Origin: Aplysia californica
Lineage: Eukaryota
NCBI RefSeq assembly: GCF_000002075.1
Contig: NW_004797486.1
Coordinates: 991,806-1,054,240, forward strand
DNA length: 62,435 bases
Reading direction: 5' to 3'
Shown: positions 61,567 through 62,435 of the stretch, piece after piece
Layout of the letters: each line of letters opens with the position of its first letter
How positions within the stretch are numbered: position 1 is the first letter of the stretch
Program-made: the position numbers and the translations under genes
Notes under the pieces: model-generated
What the model saw: only the letters and a program-made list of their open reading frames with translations
Databases searched by the model: none
Told to the model about the DNA's origin: nothing

Positions 61567-61941
61567 TGTGTGTGTATGTGTGTGTGTCTGTGTGTTTGTG
61601 AGAGTGTCTACGCGTGCATTCGTGCATTTTTGTGCAATAAATGATATGAATATTCATATGTATTTCAGAACACCATGCATTCTTACACGTTCTTCGTATT
61701 CGCTGTCATCGACGTACTCACGGCTGTGTTTGTGGTGATGTATATTCCTGAGACCAAGAACAAGTCCTTCGCCGAGATCGCCAGCACCTGGACATACGCC
61801 CCAGCGACGCAGACGGCGACTCCAGACAGCGACGCGGTTCTGTACCCAAAGGAGATTGTTATTGAGCCAGCTTCAAAAGATGTTCCTGAAATACGTTTTT
61901 CGCCGCCTCACTTTAACAGCGTGAAGAGAGATCAGGAATAA
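36409..61941 (+). CDS. SLC2A/GLUT-family facilitated sugar-porter (MFS) transporter, divergent, about 540 aa; coding exons 36409-36486, 38160-~38261, 40382-40542, 41050-41174, 44182-44352, 45563-45670, 46181-46269, 47751-47849, 49005-49217, 52239-52314, 59614-59741, 61669-61941
   Basis: Phase-consistent GT-AG exons. Motifs present: NAP after TM1, N-glycan sequon NDT in loop 1, DAIGRK, EMLFVGR, YLAE, PESPRYL, QQxxCGTNA, RFGRK, ALGP...W, ELFP..AR, PETKNKSF. Specific vertebrate orthologue not assignable. Confidence 0.93.
36644..36913 (-). pseudogene. Class A (peptide) GPCR-like N-terminal fragment, antisense in GLUT intron 1
   Basis: aaaATG start; MNDSGTSPVPAAGLLVVANASDDYSDYYYNNDDTVSYIPLTE has two N-glycosylation sequons and an acidic/Tyr-rich stretch ending PLxE; no intact TM1 GN motif follows. 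Confidence 0.4.
37840..38148 (-). mobile_element. MITE family A copy (partial), abutting GLUT exon 2 acceptor
   Basis: Ends ttgacgagcgtctgatttcaccacgctgcctcacacat, about 11 nt before exon 2. Confidence 0.78.
38160..38256 (+). CDS. GLUT-like exon 2 (TM1), 3' end hidden in N-run
   Basis: ccccag|CAG AGC GCT TGG...; QSAWTWQFISVLVISYTSMSALTYVVVCLNAP. Confidence 0.85.
40382..40542 (+). CDS. GLUT-like exon 3 (loop 1 + TM2)
   Basis: cacag|TTG...GGT AG|gtaagt; LIKQFINDTNVKNREEALSKEEVESLFGLLVAVVGIGSIVGCLTAASIADAIGR; 161 nt. Confidence 0.93.
41050..41174 (+). CDS. GLUT-like exon 4 (TM3-TM4)
   Basis: cctcag|A AAA...CTA G|gtgaga; KFGIFLSSVTGACGTLIMALAETAGSYEMLFVGRVVLGVGL; 125 nt. Confidence 0.93.
41790..43050 (+). 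mobile_element. Degenerate LINE (RT C-terminus + RNase H; I/Nimb/Ingi-like group)
   Basis: LGVTFDPLLTW..HI, LKKMAGTS*GAD, MRPFIKYG..SWG, STNYKAETEAL, IPGHVDIFGNE, IFRLRTAHNRL; stops and frameshifts. Confidence 0.85.
44182..44352 (+). CDS. GLUT-like exon 5 (TM4-TM5)
   Basis: ctccag|GA TGG...ATT G|gtgggt; WNLTIAPSYLAEMCRPSMKAFAVVLNMLFQSFAFIVAQVLGYEEFLGNKEHWSLLI. Confidence 0.92.
45563..45670 (+). CDS. GLUT-like exon 6 (TM6, PESPR)
   Basis: ctccag|GT CTA...GCA G|gtttga; LPVVVIAVHLLLLMFCPESPRYLLMKKSDYEGAKA. Confidence 0.93.
46181..46269 (+). CDS. GLUT-like exon 7 (central loop)
   Basis: tgtcag|CG CTT...CAA|gtacgg; ALRKIRGIKDVQYDIDLLNEELAESTVDAQ. Confidence 0.9.
47367..47462. repeat. (GA)n/(GT)n microsatellite
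   Basis: Direct read. Confidence 0.95.
47751..47849 (+). CDS. GLUT-like exon 8 (TM7)
   Basis: caccag|ATC...GCA|gtaaga; ISVIGLAKSPVLRKPLIIAIVLGLQQNWCGTNA. Confidence 0.93.
49005..49217 (+). CDS. GLUT-like exon 9 (TM7-TM9)
   Basis: cccgtag|ATT...AAG|gtcagt; ILFFSTSLFEDAGVSTKDARYATSGTGIIFFICNIVSIAIIPRFGRKTIFTAGTLGMGLASAVIAITMVYK. Confidence 0.94.
50780..52062. repeat. Compound tetranucleotide satellite (CCTA)n/(TACA)n/(CAGA)n, mostly N
   Basis: Direct read at gap edges. Confidence 0.9.
52239..52314 (+). CDS. GLUT-like exon 10 (TM10)
   Basis: ctacag|GAT...CCT A|gtaagt; DEVEALKYVNVCVSLLIVASYALGP; 76 nt. Confidence 0.92.
52960..53700 (-). mobile_element. Tc1-like transposase remnant
   Basis: Minus strand DARPHVDRVSQ...VLDWPAVLTGLNPAE; homologous to 900-1040. 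Confidence 0.65.
53081..53172. repeat. 46-bp tandem duplication
   Basis: gtacacgttcaatttYtctgtccattttcacgtctgacgtgaacat x2. Confidence 0.9.
54130..54520 (-). mobile_element. RTE LINE 3' fragment
   Basis: Minus strand LKYFGHFKRHISFEKHILEA*VEGKK..RPNRRLEQNI. Confidence 0.7.
55224..56487. mobile_element. Palindromic pair of PIF/Harbinger-like MITEs (copy 1 55224-55817, inverted copy 2 ~55825-56487)
   Basis: TIR GGGCGAAAACATAGAGAACG with TAA/TTA flanks; the two arms are reverse complements over several hundred bp. Confidence 0.85.
56860..57125 (-). mobile_element. MITE family A copy (partial)
   Basis: gagtccttggaac...acagaaatgtg...gatttcattattttgacgag shared with the other copies. Confidence 0.65.
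59614..59741 (+). CDS. GLUT-like exon 11 (TM10-TM11)
   Basis: ttccag|TT TGC...TTG|gtcagt; (I)CVFWTMLSELFPHSARSAGFGVAVTGAFTGYFVHCYVFPEML; 128 nt. Confidence 0.93.
59804..59853. repeat. (GT)n microsatellite
   Basis: Direct read. Confidence 0.95.
60875..60947 (-). mobile_element. tRNA-like SINE head or tRNA pseudogene
   Basis: Minus strand ggtgttcgcctctcattcaaaggtcccgggttcgatccggg (B box GGTTCGA); no complete cloverleaf. Confidence 0.4.
60948..61026. repeat. (TAGA)n microsatellite
   Basis: Direct read. Confidence 0.95.
61505..61600. repeat. (GT)n microsatellite
   Basis: Direct read. Confidence 0.93.
61669..61941 (+). CDS. GLUT-like terminal coding exon (TM12, PETK, C-tail)
   Basis: tttcag|AAC ACC ATG...; NTMHSYTFFVFAVIDVLTAVFVVMYIPETKNKSFAEIASTW...RDQE*. 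Confidence 0.94.
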   Translation, partial: NTMHSYTFFVFAVIDVLTAVFVVMYIPETKNKSFAEIASTWTYAPATQTATPDSDAVLYPKEIVIEPASKDVPEIRFSPPHFNSVKRDQE

Positions 61942-62280
61942 CTCCATTGCTCGTATGAGACAATATGCTGTTACCTCGAAATGTTTTAAGGCAATGTTTG
62001 AAATATGTATGAATTGTGTTATGTTTATGGACAGATTCTTATTTCTCATTGTCACTTTTGAAAAAAGGATCCTTTTTGGAAAAGGTAATAATTTAAAAAA
62101 TAACCCAAAACAAAAACAAAATAAAAACAATCCTTCCCCACTCAACGTGTCTTCCAAAACGCAACTGCACATTCTCCCACTCCCAGTGCAGTTTAACAGT
62201 AGGCCTTGGCCCTTTCTTCAAGGCATAGATTTAACCAAAACGTATTTCCTATCACGTAAACATTAATTGCCCCGTCTTCG

Positions 62281-62286
62281 AATAAA
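62281..62286 (+). promoter_or_regulatory. Candidate polyadenylation signal of the GLUT-like gene
   Basis: AATAAA about 340 nt after the stop; another AATAAA near 62120. Confidence 0.35.
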
Positions 62287-62435
62287 CGTCACGAAAACAG
62301 TGTAGTAAGAGTTTTAAGGCACTTGCAACACAATAAGGTCATATAAGTGTCGGAGATTAGAGATGTTTAACAAGAGTAGAAAACACAAAAAAGGAGAAGA
62401 GATAAAGACGATAAAGATACACACACACACACACA

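Overview
AT-rich, repeat-dense genomic DNA from an intron-rich invertebrate animal. A mollusc or other lophotrochozoan is my guess from repeat style, not something the sequence proves. Several N-runs sit next to microsatellites. Two multi-exon genes on the + strand can be rebuilt by hand with GT-AG introns and consistent phases. (1) The central-to-3' part of a MORN-repeat radial spoke head gene, RSPH10B-like: 12 clear exons from 1667 to 16265, about 476 aa visible, 5' end upstream of the window, 3' end ambiguous with candidate micro and terminal exons at 17.4-19.0 kb. (2) A near-complete 12-coding-exon SLC2/GLUT-family MFS transporter at 36409-61941 (about 540 aa). It keeps the GLUT scaffold motifs but has replaced most canonical hexose-binding residues. 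The rest is MITEs (piggyBac-, Kolobok-, Tc1/mariner- and Harbinger-like), Tc1, RTE and RNase-H LINE remnants, tRNA-derived SINEs and microsatellites. The most notable items are the remodelled GLUT binding pocket, a 1.27 kb palindrome of two inverted MITE copies in GLUT intron 10, an antisense GPCR-like N-terminal fragment in GLUT intron 1, and oppositely oriented MITE copies bracketing RSPH10B exons. I see no prokaryotic-type system (CRISPR, operon, rRNA) and no clearly demonstrable new system.
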